Shown piece after piece: positions 31,304-41,562 of a stretch of DNA of 64,000 nt (positions are counted from its first letter, which is position 1; the number at the start of each line of letters is the position of its first letter). This stretch comes from an uncultured beta proteobacterium. GTDB taxonomy: Bacteria; Pseudomonadota; Gammaproteobacteria; Burkholderiales; Burkholderiaceae. The notes below the pieces were generated by a model. That model was not told where the DNA came from and searched no databases. It saw only the letters and a program-made list of their open reading frames with translations. The stretch covers positions 5,618-69,617 of the forward strand of contig CAIKFU010000050.1 in NCBI GenBank assembly GCA_903826775.1, given 5' to 3'. Both the position numbers and the translations under genes were made by a program.

Positions 31304-32086
31304 ATGTTACGCATCATTTCCTCTAACCTCAACGGTATCCGTTCAGCCATTAAAAAAGGCTTTCTTCCTTGGATGCAAAGTCAGCATGCAGATTTCATCT
31401 GCATGCAAGAACTAAAGGCCCAAAAAGACGACCTAGAGAACGATGTTCTGAACCCAAACGGCATGGCAGGATTTTTTCATCATGCTGAAAAAAAAGGATA
31501 CAGCGGTTGTGGTATTTATACCCCACATACACCAAATTCAGTCATTTATGGTTTTGGAAATCCTGAGTTTGATGCTGAAGGGCGTTATGTAGAACTTCAA
31601 TTCAAGAACTTATCGGTAATTTCGATTTACATGCCATCAGGCTCAAGCTCACCCGAAAGGCAGGCAGCTAAATTTCGCTATCTTGATGCTTTTTTGCCTC
31701 ACCTTAAAAAACTTAAAAATTCGGGTCGGCAAATCATCATCAGCGGTGATGTCAATATCGCTCACAATGAGATCGATTTAAAAAACTGGAAAGGAAACCA
31801 AAAAAACTCCGGCTTTTTACCAGAAGAGCGCTCATGGCTAACAAATCTATTTGATCAAGTTGGTTATGTTGATGTCTATCGCAAGATTGAACCCAACGCA
31901 AGCGATGCCAGTTATACATGGTGGAGCAATAGAGGTCAAGCCTACGCAAAAAATGTTGGCTGGCGAATTGATTATCAAATTGCTACGCCAGATTTTGCTG
32001 CCAGCGCAAAGAATGCTGCAATCTATAAAGAAAAGCGATTTTCAGATCATGCGCCCTTAATCATTGATTACGATTGGATCCTCTAG
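31304..32086 (+). CDS. xthA: Exodeoxyribonuclease III
   Basis: MLRIISSNLNGIRSA, CMQELK and SDHAPL motifs of the EEP/ExoIII family, 260 aa. Confidence 0.92.
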   Translation: MLRIISSNLNGIRSAIKKGFLPWMQSQHADFICMQELKAQKDDLENDVLNPNGMAGFFHHAEKKGYSGCGIYTPHTPNSVIYGFGNPEFDAEGRYVELQFKNLSVISIYMPSGSSSPERQAAKFRYLDAFLPHLKKLKNSGRQIIISGDVNIAHNEIDLKNWKGNQKNSGFLPEERSWLTNLFDQVGYVDVYRKIEPNASDASYTWWSNRGQAYAKNVGWRIDYQIATPDFAASAKNAAIYKEKRFSDHAPLIIDYDWIL

Positions 32087-33294
32087 GTTAACGTAACCTT
32101 CTTGTCGTTTACCCCCCAAGGTGCGATCTTCATAAGCAGCAACATGCCTGGCAGGGCTAGCGCGAAACACAATATATAAAAATTAAACCAACCTAATGCC
32201 TCAACAATATAGCCTGTAATTGAATTTATAAAAGTTCGGGGGACTGCTGCCAGACTTGTAAATAATGCAAACTGAGTAGCGGTATATCGAGGATCTGTTG
32301 TTTGAGCAATAAAAGCAGTAAATGCGGCGGTACCCAAGCCTACAGCAAAGGCTTCAAAACCAATTACCCAAGCCAAGACCCATTGGCTAAGCCCCACCTT
32401 AGCCAATACCGCAAAACCTAAAATAGCCACTGCCTGAAATACCCCAAAAATCCATAACCCTCTTGATATTGTGATTTTTTGCAACCAATAAGCGCCTAAT
32501 AGACCCCCTACAAAACTCGCCCATAAACCTGCATTTTTGGCCACCAAACCAATCTGTGTACGAGTAAATCCCAGATCCATATAGAAGGGGGTTGACAAAG
32601 CCGTTGCCATCGAATCACCTAGCTTGTATAGAAAAATAAAAGCCAAGATGATTAGCGCGTATGACCAACCCCGTCGAGAAATAAATTCTTTAAATGGATC
32701 AACTACCGCTTCACGCAAACTCTGCGGTGGGATTCTTCCTCGTAATGAAGGTTCCGGCAGCACAAGGGTTGTAATAATTCCTACAACAGCAAAAGATCCA
32801 GTGATTAAAAATACGATATCCCAAGGCACATAATCGGACAATATTAAGGATAAGGATCCTGGCACAAGAGTTGATAATTTATAAGCGTTTACAAATATAG
32901 CTGTGCCTGAACCCAATTGATCCTCAGCAAGCCATTCGCGACGATAAGCATCTACAACAATATCTTGGCTTGCAGAAAAAAAAGCGATCGCTGTTGCCAA
33001 GATAACTACTTGCCAGATATCCTTAATCGGATCATAAAACCCCAGACACATGATGGCCATCATGATGACCGTTTGGGTTATCAGCATCCAACCGCGACGC
33101 CTGCCTAGGAACGGTATTGGGTATCGGTCTAAAAATGGCGCCCAAAGAAACTTCCATGTATATGGAAATCCAACCAATGCAAACAATCCGATTGCCTTTA
33201 GATCGACTCCTTCCGATCTCAACCATGCAGAAAGTAAGTTGTAGAGTACGAACAGGGGTAGACCACTTGAAAAACCAAGAAATGCGCATGCCAA
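32083..33294 (-). CDS. ampG: AmpG family muropeptide MFS transporter
   Basis: LGFSSGLPL, FLWAPFLDRY..PFLGRRRGW and ASQDIVVDAYR are collinear with E. coli AmpG. The only standard start is TTG 33294, and AmpG-like sequence continues upstream of it (see finding). Confidence 0.85.
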   Translation of the reverse strand: MACAFLGFSSGLPLFVLYNLLSAWLRSEGVDLKAIGLFALVGFPYTWKFLWAPFLDRYPIPFLGRRRGWMLITQTVIMMAIMCLGFYDPIKDIWQVVILATAIAFFSASQDIVVDAYRREWLAEDQLGSGTAIFVNAYKLSTLVPGSLSLILSDYVPWDIVFLITGSFAVVGIITTLVLPEPSLRGRIPPQSLREAVVDPFKEFISRRGWSYALIILAFIFLYKLGDSMATALSTPFYMDLGFTRTQIGLVAKNAGLWASFVGGLLGAYWLQKITISRGLWIFGVFQAVAILGFAVLAKVGLSQWVLAWVIGFEAFAVGLGTAAFTAFIAQTTDPRYTATQFALFTSLAAVPRTFINSITGYIVEALGWFNFYILCFALALPGMLLLMKIAPWGVNDKKVTLT

Positions 33295-33368
33295 TAACGC
33301 TTTTACATTGCCTGGCTCTTTAATTGCTGAGTTTCCTAATGGTGGTTCGATCAGTCCACTCCCAAAAC

Positions 33369-33950
33369 TTAAGCGCGTCGTATGCGGAACAGGGCTAGGC
33401 TGCCAAAAAAATTGGGCATGAGAGTAACTTCTCTACCCTCATGCAAAACGCATCGATCAACTACACTCAAACCTAAGCTTGATGCCAATTGCTCAAAGTC
33501 AGTAATAGTCAATACTCGAACGTTTGGTGTGTTGTACCACTTATAAGGCAAACTTTTTGAAACCGGCATGCGGCCAAGGGCAACCGCCAAGCGATGAGAC
33601 CAGTGGCCAAAATTAGGGAACGAAACAATAGACTCTTTACCAACTCGAACAATCTCTCGTAAAATTTTCTCGGTTTGATGAATGGTTTGAACAGTCTGCG
33701 AAAGAACAACCGTGTCAAAGCTATTGTCCTCAAATAACGCCAACCCGCCTTCTAGATTCTGTTGAATTACATTTAAACCTTTTTGAGCACAAGACAATAC
33801 CCTCAAATCGTCAATTTCAACTCCGTATGCATGTACAGGTTTTTGTGATTTCAAAAACTGCAGAAAGCTTCCGTCTCCACATCCCAAGTCTAAAACCTGA
33901 CTCTGAGGCTCAATCCAGCTTGCGATAGCATTAAAATCCGCTCGCTTCAT
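33369..33950 (-). CDS. metW: Methionine biosynthesis protein MetW
   Basis: [12 protein letters not shown] methyltransferase-like fold, 193 aa, 4-nt overlap with metX. Confidence 0.92.
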   Translation of the reverse strand: MKRADFNAIASWIEPQSQVLDLGCGDGSFLQFLKSQKPVHAYGVEIDDLRVLSCAQKGLNVIQQNLEGGLALFEDNSFDTVVLSQTVQTIHQTEKILREIVRVGKESIVSFPNFGHWSHRLAVALGRMPVSKSLPYKWYNTPNVRVLTITDFEQLASSLGLSVVDRCVLHEGREVTLMPNFFGSLALFRIRRA

Positions 33951-35086
33951 AACAATGCCTCATATATGTTGTCAAAATACGCCTTCAACAAATTATGGTA
34001 TCGACCATCATCTAGTAAAAATGCATCGTGCCCATGAGGCGCATCGATTTCCGCATAAGTCACCTCACTTTTATTGCTAAGCAGGGATTCAACAATTTCT
34101 CGACTTCGGTTTGGGGGAAACCTCCAGTCAGTGGAGAAACTGACCACTAAGAATTTAGCCTGAACTTCAGCCAAAGCACGGTTTAAGCTACCCCCGTACC
34201 TTCGAGCAGGATCAAAATAATCTAACGCACGGGTAATCAATAAGTAAGTATTGGCATCAAAATACGTAGAGAACTTATCGCCCTGATGACGCAAATAACT
34301 CTCTACTTCAAATTCCACATCGAAGCTGAATCGATAATCGTCTGATTCTCCATCTGGGCGTTGCAATTCACGACCAAATTTTTCCGCCATATCGTCATCT
34401 GATAAATAGGTAATATGACCAACCATGCGTGCCAATCTTAAACCACGTTTAGGTACCACTCCATGGGCGTAGTAATTGCCTCCATGAAAATCAGGGTCAG
34501 ATAAGATGGCATTTCTCGCTACCTCATTAAAGGCGATATTCTGCGCGCTTAATTTTGGAGTTGAAGCAATAACCACACAATGATCAATCCGCTTTGGAAA
34601 CTGAATTGCCCAAGCCATGGCTTGCATTCCGCCAAGACTACCGCCCATAACCGCAGCAAATTTTCTAATACCCAGCTTATCCGCTAGGCGCGCCTGAGTA
34701 TTCACCCAATCCTCAACCGTCACCAGCGGAAAATCTGCGCCGTATGGCCTGCCTGTAGATACATTAATACTCATTGGTCCTGTAGAGCCAAAACATGAAC
34801 CCAGATTATTAACGCCAATAACAAAAAATCGATCAGTATCTACAGGCTTACCGGGACCAATCATGTTGTCCCACCAGCCAATATCGGCATCATCATCTGG
34901 ACTTGGTCCGGCAACATGATGGGATGCATTAAGTGCATGGCAAATAAGCACTGCGTTGCTTTTTTCAGAATTTAACTTGCCATATGTTTCAATTACCAAA
35001 TCATAGGCTGACAACATGGCGCCACTTTGCAAAGGCAAGGTCTCAGCAAAGTGTATAGTGTTTCTAGATAGGTTTAACTCACTCAT
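33947..35086 (-). CDS. metX: Homoserine O-acyltransferase MetX (acetyl- or succinyl-transferring)
   Basis: Alpha/beta hydrolase with nucleophile elbow GGSLGGMQA, full-length MetX pattern, followed by metW. Confidence 0.93.
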   Translation of the reverse strand: MSELNLSRNTIHFAETLPLQSGAMLSAYDLVIETYGKLNSEKSNAVLICHALNASHHVAGPSPDDDADIGWWDNMIGPGKPVDTDRFFVIGVNNLGSCFGSTGPMSINVSTGRPYGADFPLVTVEDWVNTQARLADKLGIRKFAAVMGGSLGGMQAMAWAIQFPKRIDHCVVIASTPKLSAQNIAFNEVARNAILSDPDFHGGNYYAHGVVPKRGLRLARMVGHITYLSDDDMAEKFGRELQRPDGESDDYRFSFDVEFEVESYLRHQGDKFSTYFDANTYLLITRALDYFDPARRYGGSLNRALAEVQAKFLVVSFSTDWRFPPNRSREIVESLLSNKSEVTYAEIDAPHGHDAFLLDDGRYHNLLKAYFDNIYEALL

Positions 35087-35736
35087 TCTGAAAGAAGAAT
35101 GCGAAGGCTTATATCAGAGGCCTCAGTCGGTAGCTTTTTGAAACCACTTCTAGCAAACCGATGCCATCGCCCCAATACAAAACTCATTAACATCGCAGCG
35201 CGAATACTTACCTCATCTTGGGTCACATTAGCCCATTCCCCGCCTTGTGTTTGAGCAATTCTCAATGATTGCTTTAGGGAAGCTTCAACTCGCTCAAGAA
35301 CTTGTGTAATTCGCTCTTGCAATCGATCGTCCTCTTGTAATAGAGCGTCGCCCAATAAAACACGAGTCATTCCAGGATTTTTTTCAGCAAAGTATAGGAG
35401 CATCTGCAGTATGCCTCTGGCTTGAGCCAATCCCAATTCCTCTTTCTGATTGATTTGATTAATTAATCCAAACACTGTTTGCTCTATAAAAGCTATTAAA
35501 CCTTCAAACATTTGCGCCTTGCTTGCAAAATGTCTATAAAGTGCAGCCTCAGATACCTGAATTTTTGCGGCAAGCGCAGCGGTTGTTACCCTTTCGCCGC
35601 GAGGATTTTGTAACATTTCAGCTAAAACTTGCAAAATTTGTAACCGGCGTTCGCCTGGGCGTGGACGCTTTCGAGTCTTGCTCGCTTCTGCGATAGCATT
35701 ATTTGCATCAGGAGACGAAACAGTGGAATCATGCAT
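35083..35736 (-). CDS. slmA: Nucleoid occlusion factor SlmA (TetR family)
   Basis: [13 protein letters not shown]....[37 protein letters not shown] and [19 protein letters not shown] are collinear with remembered E. coli SlmA. Confidence 0.85.
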   Translation of the reverse strand: MHDSTVSSPDANNAIAEASKTRKRPRPGERRLQILQVLAEMLQNPRGERVTTAALAAKIQVSEAALYRHFASKAQMFEGLIAFIEQTVFGLINQINQKEELGLAQARGILQMLLYFAEKNPGMTRVLLGDALLQEDDRLQERITQVLERVEASLKQSLRIAQTQGGEWANVTQDEVSIRAAMLMSFVLGRWHRFARSGFKKLPTEASDISLRILLSE

Positions 35737-35755
35737 TGTTATTTTTATCCAAAGC

Positions 35756-36658
35756 CTATCTTGAACGAATCATCGTTCCGAACGCTTGTTCAGTCAAAAT
35801 TTCAAGCAAAAGTGAATGCTCAATGCGACCGTCGATGATATGAACAGAGTTTACTCCGCTCTTGGCAGCATCTAGGGCAGAAGAAATTTTGGGCAACATA
35901 CCGCCTGAAATAGTTCCGTCAGCAAACAAATCATCAATTTCCCGAGCAGTTAAGTCAGTCAAAAGATTGCCGCTCTTATCCATAACACCAGGAATATTTG
36001 TCATCATGACCAACTTTTCAGCATTTAAAATTTCAGCCATCTTGCCAGCAACTAAATCCGCATTGATATTAAATGCCTGACCTTCTGCACTAAATCCAAT
36101 TGGTGAAATTACTGGAATAAACGCATCATCTTGCAACGCTTTTACAACCGCAGGATTGATACCTTCTATTTCTCCAACAAAACCAAGATCAATCATCGCT
36201 CCAATATTCTTCTCATCAGGAACGAGCATTTTCTTGGCATGAATCAACCCGCCATCTTTTCCTGTTAAGCCAACTGCCTGACCCCCAAAATGATTAATCA
36301 GCATCACTATATCTTGCTGTACCTCGCCACCCAACACCCACTCAACCACTTCCATAGTTTCTTCGTCGGTGACTCGCATACCTTGGATAAATGTGCCAGT
36401 TTTTCCAATTTTCTTAAGCGCTTCGTCAATTTGCGGCCCCCCACCGTGAACAACCACAGGGTTCATACCAACTAACTTTAAAAGAATAACGTCGCGAGCA
36501 AAGCTTTCTTTTAATCGCTCCTCAATCATGGCGTTACCACCATACTTAATGACAATAGTCTTTCCATGATATTGGCGAATGTAGGGCAATGCCTCGGCCA
36601 ATATTTCAGCCTTTAATAAGGGAGAAATATCGGCAATTGTGGGAAGATGCTTGGTCAT
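35756..36658 (-). CDS. argB: Acetylglutamate kinase
   Basis: [20 protein letters not shown], 300 aa. Confidence 0.95.
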   Translation of the reverse strand: MTKHLPTIADISPLLKAEILAEALPYIRQYHGKTIVIKYGGNAMIEERLKESFARDVILLKLVGMNPVVVHGGGPQIDEALKKIGKTGTFIQGMRVTDEETMEVVEWVLGGEVQQDIVMLINHFGGQAVGLTGKDGGLIHAKKMLVPDEKNIGAMIDLGFVGEIEGINPAVVKALQDDAFIPVISPIGFSAEGQAFNINADLVAGKMAEILNAEKLVMMTNIPGVMDKSGNLLTDLTAREIDDLFADGTISGGMLPKISSALDAAKSGVNSVHIIDGRIEHSLLLEILTEQAFGTMIRSR

Positions 36659-36688
36659 GCTTGGTTGTTTTTTGTCATGGCGTGATAC

Positions 36689-37204
36689 TTAATCACCAAA
36701 TAATTTTTGACGCAACTCACGGCGCTCTTGCGCTTCAAGTGATAAGTTAGCCGTGGGTCTTGCAATCAGGCGGTTTAAGCCTATTGGCTCACCGGTTTCT
36801 TCGCACCAGCCATAATCACCAGACTCAATTCGTGCCAAGGCTTGCTCAACCTTTTTTAAGAGTTTGCGCTCCCTATCACGAGTGCGAAGTTCCAATGCAT
36901 GCTCTTCTTCAATCGTTGCTCGATCGGCTGGATCGGGAACCAGAATGTTCTCACGTAAATGCTCAGTGGTCTCTGAGGCATTCTTTAGGATGTCGTCCTT
37001 TAAGACTGTCAGTTTTTGACGGAAAAATTCGAGCTGAGTCGCATTCATGTAGTCCTTTTCAGGCATTTTTAACAAATCGCTCTCTGTTAAAACAGTCCCT
37101 TTTAAAGCGGCAGAAGCTGACTTGCCGCTGGATTTTGCAGCTGTTGCTGACTTACTTGATGCTGTTTTTACTGTCATTTCACTCTTTCCATCGTTTTGAA
37201 GCAT
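36689..37204 (-). CDS. dksA: RNA polymerase-binding transcription factor DksA (variant lacking the Cys4 zinc finger)
   Basis: Coiled-coil with acidic tip (..DPADRATIEEE..) and C-terminal GDYGWCEETGEPIGLNRLIARPTANLSLEAQERRE. Of the four E. coli Zn-finger cysteines only the first is retained. An alternative start is ATG 37177. Confidence 0.9.
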   Translation of the reverse strand: MLQNDGKSEMTVKTASSKSATAAKSSGKSASAALKGTVLTESDLLKMPEKDYMNATQLEFFRQKLTVLKDDILKNASETTEHLRENILVPDPADRATIEEEHALELRTRDRERKLLKKVEQALARIESGDYGWCEETGEPIGLNRLIARPTANLSLEAQERRELRQKLFGD

Positions 37205-37280
37205 TATTGCCCCATTCTGCCAAGTTTTTAAGGATTTATTTGAAACTAGTCCGTGGCGGCGGATTTTACTCGAATCCCGA

Positions 37281-38315
37281 CTAGACTAAGCATCCTTCTA
37301 ACCCGGCTAACAGGGTATCCCTAGGTAAATCAATGCCAATGAACACCATGCGCGTTTGTTTTGGCTCTGTACCCCACGTACCAGCCAAATCACTCCCCAT
37401 CATCTGGTGAACCCCCTGAAATACAACCTTCCGATTGCTTCCTTTAACGTATAACACCCCTTTGTAACGCAATAATTTTTCGCCAAAAACATCCAAAATA
37501 CCCCCAAGAAAATCTTCTAGCTTCTGGTGATCAAAGGGTTTATCACTACGAAATACAAAAGATTGAATACGGTCAGTATGTCCGGAGTGCCCATGATGCT
37601 TGTGGCTGTGGTCATGGTCATGGTGGTCATGACCACAAGCGCTATGATCATGATCATCCTCTTCAAGAAAATGAGGGTCAATGTCCAGCTTGGCATTGAG
37701 GTTAAAACCCTTCAAATCCAGCACGGCGTCCAAAGGAACCACGCCTTTTGTAATTCCCTGAATTGGTGCCCTGGGATTCATATGCATTAAGCGTGCACGG
37801 AGCAACTCAACATCAGTTGGAGAAACCAGATCAGTCTTAGTGATAAATATTTGATCCGCAAAACCCACTTGTCGCTGAGCCTCTTCATGAACATTCAGTT
37901 GTTGCTGGCCATGTTTTGCATCCACTAAGGTCACTATTGCATCCAAGACATAGTGTTCCGCAACATCATCGTCCATGAAAAATGTTTGGGCTACTGGACC
38001 CGGATTGGCCACTCCAGTCGTCTCAATGACTACCCGATCAAAATTGATTTTCTTTTGGTCGCGTTGCTCCCATAGCTCGTTTAGCGCATCAACCAAGTCA
38101 CCACGAATTGTGCAACAAATACACCCGTTACTCATTTGAACAATGGTTTCTTGGCTGTCTTGGACCAAAATCTCATTATCGATATTCTCTTCACCGAATT
38201 CATTCTCAATAACGGCTATTTTTTTTCCATGCTGCTCAGTCAAAATATGCTTAAGCAGCGTGGTTTTGCCGCTTCCTAAAAAACCGGTAAGAATTGTTAC
38301 TGGGATCAAGGCCAT
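37281..38315 (-). CDS. COG0523 (CobW/YeiR/ZigA-like) GTPase, putative zinc metallochaperone with a His-rich insert
   Basis: P-loop GFLGSGKTTLL, CICCTIRGDL (CxCC) metal motif, and His-rich DHDHSACGHDHHDHDHSHKHHGHSGH encoded at 37578..37673. GGAG lies upstream of ATG 38315. Confidence 0.88.
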   Translation of the reverse strand: MALIPVTILTGFLGSGKTTLLKHILTEQHGKKIAVIENEFGEENIDNEILVQDSQETIVQMSNGCICCTIRGDLVDALNELWEQRDQKKINFDRVVIETTGVANPGPVAQTFFMDDDVAEHYVLDAIVTLVDAKHGQQQLNVHEEAQRQVGFADQIFITKTDLVSPTDVELLRARLMHMNPRAPIQGITKGVVPLDAVLDLKGFNLNAKLDIDPHFLEEDDHDHSACGHDHHDHDHSHKHHGHSGHTDRIQSFVFRSDKPFDHQKLEDFLGGILDVFGEKLLRYKGVLYVKGSNRKVVFQGVHQMMGSDLAGTWGTEPKQTRMVFIGIDLPRDTLLAGLEGCLV

Positions 38316-38389
38316 TTTGGCTCCATTCAAAATACAGCTATAGTACTTCCCTAATTACATCGGGAAACCACACATATTAACTAGTTCAA

Positions 38390-39424
38390 TCAACGCTTTC
38401 CCGCTTTTGCCCTAGGATGCGCCTGATCATAGGCCCGAGCAAGATGCTGAAAATCTAAAGCGGTGTAAATTTGCGTGCTTGAAATACTAGCATGACCAAG
38501 CATTTCCTGAACAGCGCGCAAATCCTGAGATGACTGTAAGACATGACTGGCAAAACTATGGCGCATCATATGGGGATGAACATGGGTAGGAAGTCCCGCC
38601 CTCATCGCTAAACGACGTAGACGGTCCTGTACCGTCCGAGGAGAAAGTCTTAAGCCTTTGCCTGATATAAACATCGCTAGCCCTTCCTTGGCTCCTATTA
38701 GATCGGCCCTCCTAATCAACCAAGCCCGCAAAGACTCCATTGCGGGCATACCCACAGGAACAGTGCGTCGTTTACCCCCTTTTCCTAACACGGTAACTTC
38801 AGCCGCCTCCCAATCAAGCCAGCCTGCAGACTCATACTGACGATCAGAGCTTTGAGAAATATCAATTCCCAATAATTCAGACAATCGCAGGCCAGATGAA
38901 TAAAGCAAATCTATGATTGCAAAGTCTCGAATTGACTCAAAATCATTATTCTGGGAAGCCTCTAGTGAGGCCTGGTTTACTAAAGCAAGAGCCTGTTCGA
39001 CAGATAAGGCTTTGGGTAGGGACTTTAGCCTTTTCGGAGCCTTTACATCATCCACTGGGTTTGAAGCAAAATTAGCGTCTTCATAAACAAAAGCATCAAT
39101 AGAGGCCTCCACTTGTAGCTTACTTCGCTTATTCTTCTCGATGAGCCATTCATACCAGCCCCTCCAAGCAGAAAGATTACGAGCGATTGTTCTAGGAGAA
39201 TTGCCGCGAGAATGGAGTCGAGCAGCCCAATGGCGAATATGCCCATTACTTACCTTCAGCAACTCAACTTCATCTTCGGAAGAAAAAATTAGTAGATTCC
39301 CTAAGTCCCCTTGATATGCCTTCAGGGTATGCGGTGAAAGTTGGCGCAAAACAAATAGCTCCTGCAAATACTCCTGCATGAGCAAATGCAATTCATCCAA
39401 TTTCGGCTTCATAAGCTCCAACAC
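38390..39424 (-). CDS. xerC: Tyrosine recombinase XerC
   Basis: N-terminal SAM-like domain (LRQLSPHTLKAY) and catalytic RHSFASH...LGHASISSTQIYT. It follows a DUF484 gene, as in the E. coli yigA-xerC arrangement. The start is uncertain (39424, 39412 or 39379). Confidence 0.88.
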   Translation of the reverse strand: MLELMKPKLDELHLLMQEYLQELFVLRQLSPHTLKAYQGDLGNLLIFSSEDEVELLKVSNGHIRHWAARLHSRGNSPRTIARNLSAWRGWYEWLIEKNKRSKLQVEASIDAFVYEDANFASNPVDDVKAPKRLKSLPKALSVEQALALVNQASLEASQNNDFESIRDFAIIDLLYSSGLRLSELLGIDISQSSDRQYESAGWLDWEAAEVTVLGKGGKRRTVPVGMPAMESLRAWLIRRADLIGAKEGLAMFISGKGLRLSPRTVQDRLRRLAMRAGLPTHVHPHMMRHSFASHVLQSSQDLRAVQEMLGHASISSTQIYTALDFQHLARAYDQAHPRAKAGKR

Positions 39425-40061
39425 GATCTAGCGCTGCTGCAGCCAACTCGGCAATTTGACGTAGATAAAAAGCGCCCATCTCCGATGTAAAACGGGTGGC
39501 ATCGTCGCTTGCCAACAACAATGCCGCCGGTGGAACATCTCGGTTAACCTTCAGCGGAATGCCTACAACAACCAAACTTTTCCAGCCTGGAAGCAATTTA
39601 GTTTGTGAGGCCAATATTTTTAGGCTATCGTCCGCCAACTTTTCAATAGAGCCACAAAGGGGTTTTTCAATCCATTGGGTGAAGAGTATATTTGGCAGCA
39701 ATATTTGGGCCGAATCAACCTCAAACACCTCAGCCAATCCATTTGTAATGGCTGCCTTGACATCGGCAATATTGCTAGCGCGTATCAGGCGCAGCAACCA
39801 GGCAACGAGGCCTTGTTGAGTTTTATCATTGCGACTTCCAAAATGCAGCATCTCACTTAAACGCCGATTTAACTCTTGGTTTTGCGTTCTTAACAAAGTC
39901 ATTTGCCGCTCTTGCAAAGAAATTGCTCGATCCTCGTGAGGATGCTTAAGACGAACATCGTTTAATAAATCTGCATAACGCTCAAAAAAACCCGGCGTTG
40001 CACGCAACCACTCGGCCACTAACTCCTCCTGCTCCACCTGCTTAGGATCAATCGCACTCAT
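39393..40061 (-). CDS. DUF484 family protein (YigA-like)
   Basis: The conserved position upstream of xerC, with N-terminal EWLRATPGFFERYADLL and a GAF-like remainder. ATG 40061 avoids overlap with gatB. Confidence 0.75.
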   Translation of the reverse strand: MSAIDPKQVEQEELVAEWLRATPGFFERYADLLNDVRLKHPHEDRAISLQERQMTLLRTQNQELNRRLSEMLHFGSRNDKTQQGLVAWLLRLIRASNIADVKAAITNGLAEVFEVDSAQILLPNILFTQWIEKPLCGSIEKLADDSLKILASQTKLLPGWKSLVVVGIPLKVNRDVPPAALLLASDDATRFTSEMGAFYLRQIAELAAAALDRVGAYEAEIG

Positions 40062-40095
40062 TTCTGTCTTTCTAAGATATTGTTTCGTCGTGAAG

Positions 40096-41562
40096 TTACC
40101 CAAGTCTTTTTCGCAACAATTCATTCACCTGCTGAGGATTGGCCTTGCCTTTGGAAGCCTTCATGATTTGACCAACTAAAGCATTGAATGCTTTTTCTTT
40201 GCCCGCACAAAATTCTTCAACCAATTTTCCATTTTCGGCAATAACTTTATCAATTAACCCCCCCAACTCTCCGCTATCGCTTATCTGTTGTAGACCTCTA
40301 GCGGAAATAATATTATCTACCGAACTTATCTCTCTGCCTGACAAAGACTCATCCCAAAGGATTGCAAAAATTTCTTTAGCAATCTTATTGGAAATTGTTC
40401 CATCCTCTATCCGCCTCAACAACGGGGCAATATTTACGGCTGTCAAGGTCAAATCAACAGCAGACAATCCCGCACGATTTAATGATGAAGCCAATTCGCC
40501 AGTAATTAGATTTGCAGCGGCTTTAGCAAACGACTTTCCAAGAATTCCCAGTAAATCCTCGAACAATTTTGCCATTGCCCGATCTTGTGTAAGCAATTGC
40601 ACATCGTAGGCACTTAAACCAAATTCACCTTGCCATTGCAACCTTAATTCTGCAGGCAATCTAGGCATGGTTTTACGAATTGACTCAACCCAATCTGGAC
40701 TGATTACTAATGGTAGCAAATCCGGGTCTGGAAAGTAACGGTAATCATTTGCATCTTCCTTGCTTCGCATACTTCGAGTTTCTTGACGCTCAGGATCATA
40801 CAAGCGAGTTTCCTGAATCACTATTCCACCATCTTCTATTAATTCAATTTGACGTCGTACCTCATATTGAATGGCTTCCTCCATGAAACGAAACGAGTTC
40901 AGATTTTTTATCTCACATCTTGTCCCAAACTCTATCGCACCTTGGAGTCGGACCGATACGTTTGCATCGCAACGAAATGAACCCTCTTGCATATTGCCGT
41001 CGCACACGCCAAGCCAAACAACAAGGCTATGCAATGCCTTTGCATATGCAACCGCTTCCGCAGCACTTCTCATTACTGGCTCTGTCACAATTTCCAATAA
41101 AGGCGTCCCGGCGCGATTTAAATCTATGCCACTTGATGGCTCTCCATTTGGCCCAATAAAATCTTCGTGTACAGATTTGCCGGCATCCTCTTCTAGATGA
41201 GCTCGTGTTAACTGAATAACTTTAGGTTGATCCCCTACTAAAATTTCCAATTGTCCGCCAAGCACTACTGGAATTTCATACTGACTAATTTGGTAGCCTT
41301 TAGGAAGGTCTGGATAAAAATAATTTTTTCTGGCAAAAATACTGAGCGGAGCAATCTCAGCATTCACAGCCAAACCGAATCGAATTGCATGCTCAACCGC
41401 TTGACGGTTTAAAACTGGCAAAACTCCAGGCAACGCCAAATCTATAGGGCAAGCCTGTGTATTTACATCGGCCCCAAATTGAATGCTTGCACCACTAAAT
41501 ATTTTTGATAACGTTTGTAGCTGAGTATGGGTTTCTAACCCAATAACGACTTCCCACTGCAT
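40096..41562 (-). CDS. gatB: Asp/Glu-tRNA amidotransferase subunit B
   Basis: [15 protein letters not shown] canonical start (ATG 41562..41560, TAATG overlap with the gatA stop) and the full GatB pattern. Confidence 0.95.
   Translation of the reverse strand: MQWEVVIGLETHTQLQTLSKIFSGASIQFGADVNTQACPIDLALPGVLPVLNRQAVEHAIRFGLAVNAEIAPLSIFARKNYFYPDLPKGYQISQYEIPVVLGGQLEILVGDQPKVIQLTRAHLEEDAGKSVHEDFIGPNGEPSSGIDLNRAGTPLLEIVTEPVMRSAAEAVAYAKALHSLVVWLGVCDGNMQEGSFRCDANVSVRLQGAIEFGTRCEIKNLNSFRFMEEAIQYEVRRQIELIEDGGIVIQETRLYDPERQETRSMRSKEDANDYRYFPDPDLLPLVISPDWVESIRKTMPRLPAELRLQWQGEFGLSAYDVQLLTQDRAMAKLFEDLLGILGKSFAKAAANLITGELASSLNRAGLSAVDLTLTAVNIAPLLRRIEDGTISNKIAKEIFAILWDESLSGREISSVDNIISARGLQQISDSGELGGLIDKVIAENGKLVEEFCAGKEKAFNALVGQIMKASKGKANPQQVNELLRKRLG

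Noticed and set aside
38316-38389. A Zur box upstream of the COG0523 GTPase gene.
   Set aside because: No AT-rich palindrome of the GTAATGTTATAACATTAC type is evident in the 59-74 nt spacer. The gene may simply be co-transcribed with xerC.
38390-39424. The tyrosine recombinase as a marker of an integrated mobile element.
   Set aside because: It sits in the conserved DUF484-xerC housekeeping arrangement. There is no flanking tRNA, direct repeat, phage or transposase gene, or compositional shift. It is XerC, not an integrase.
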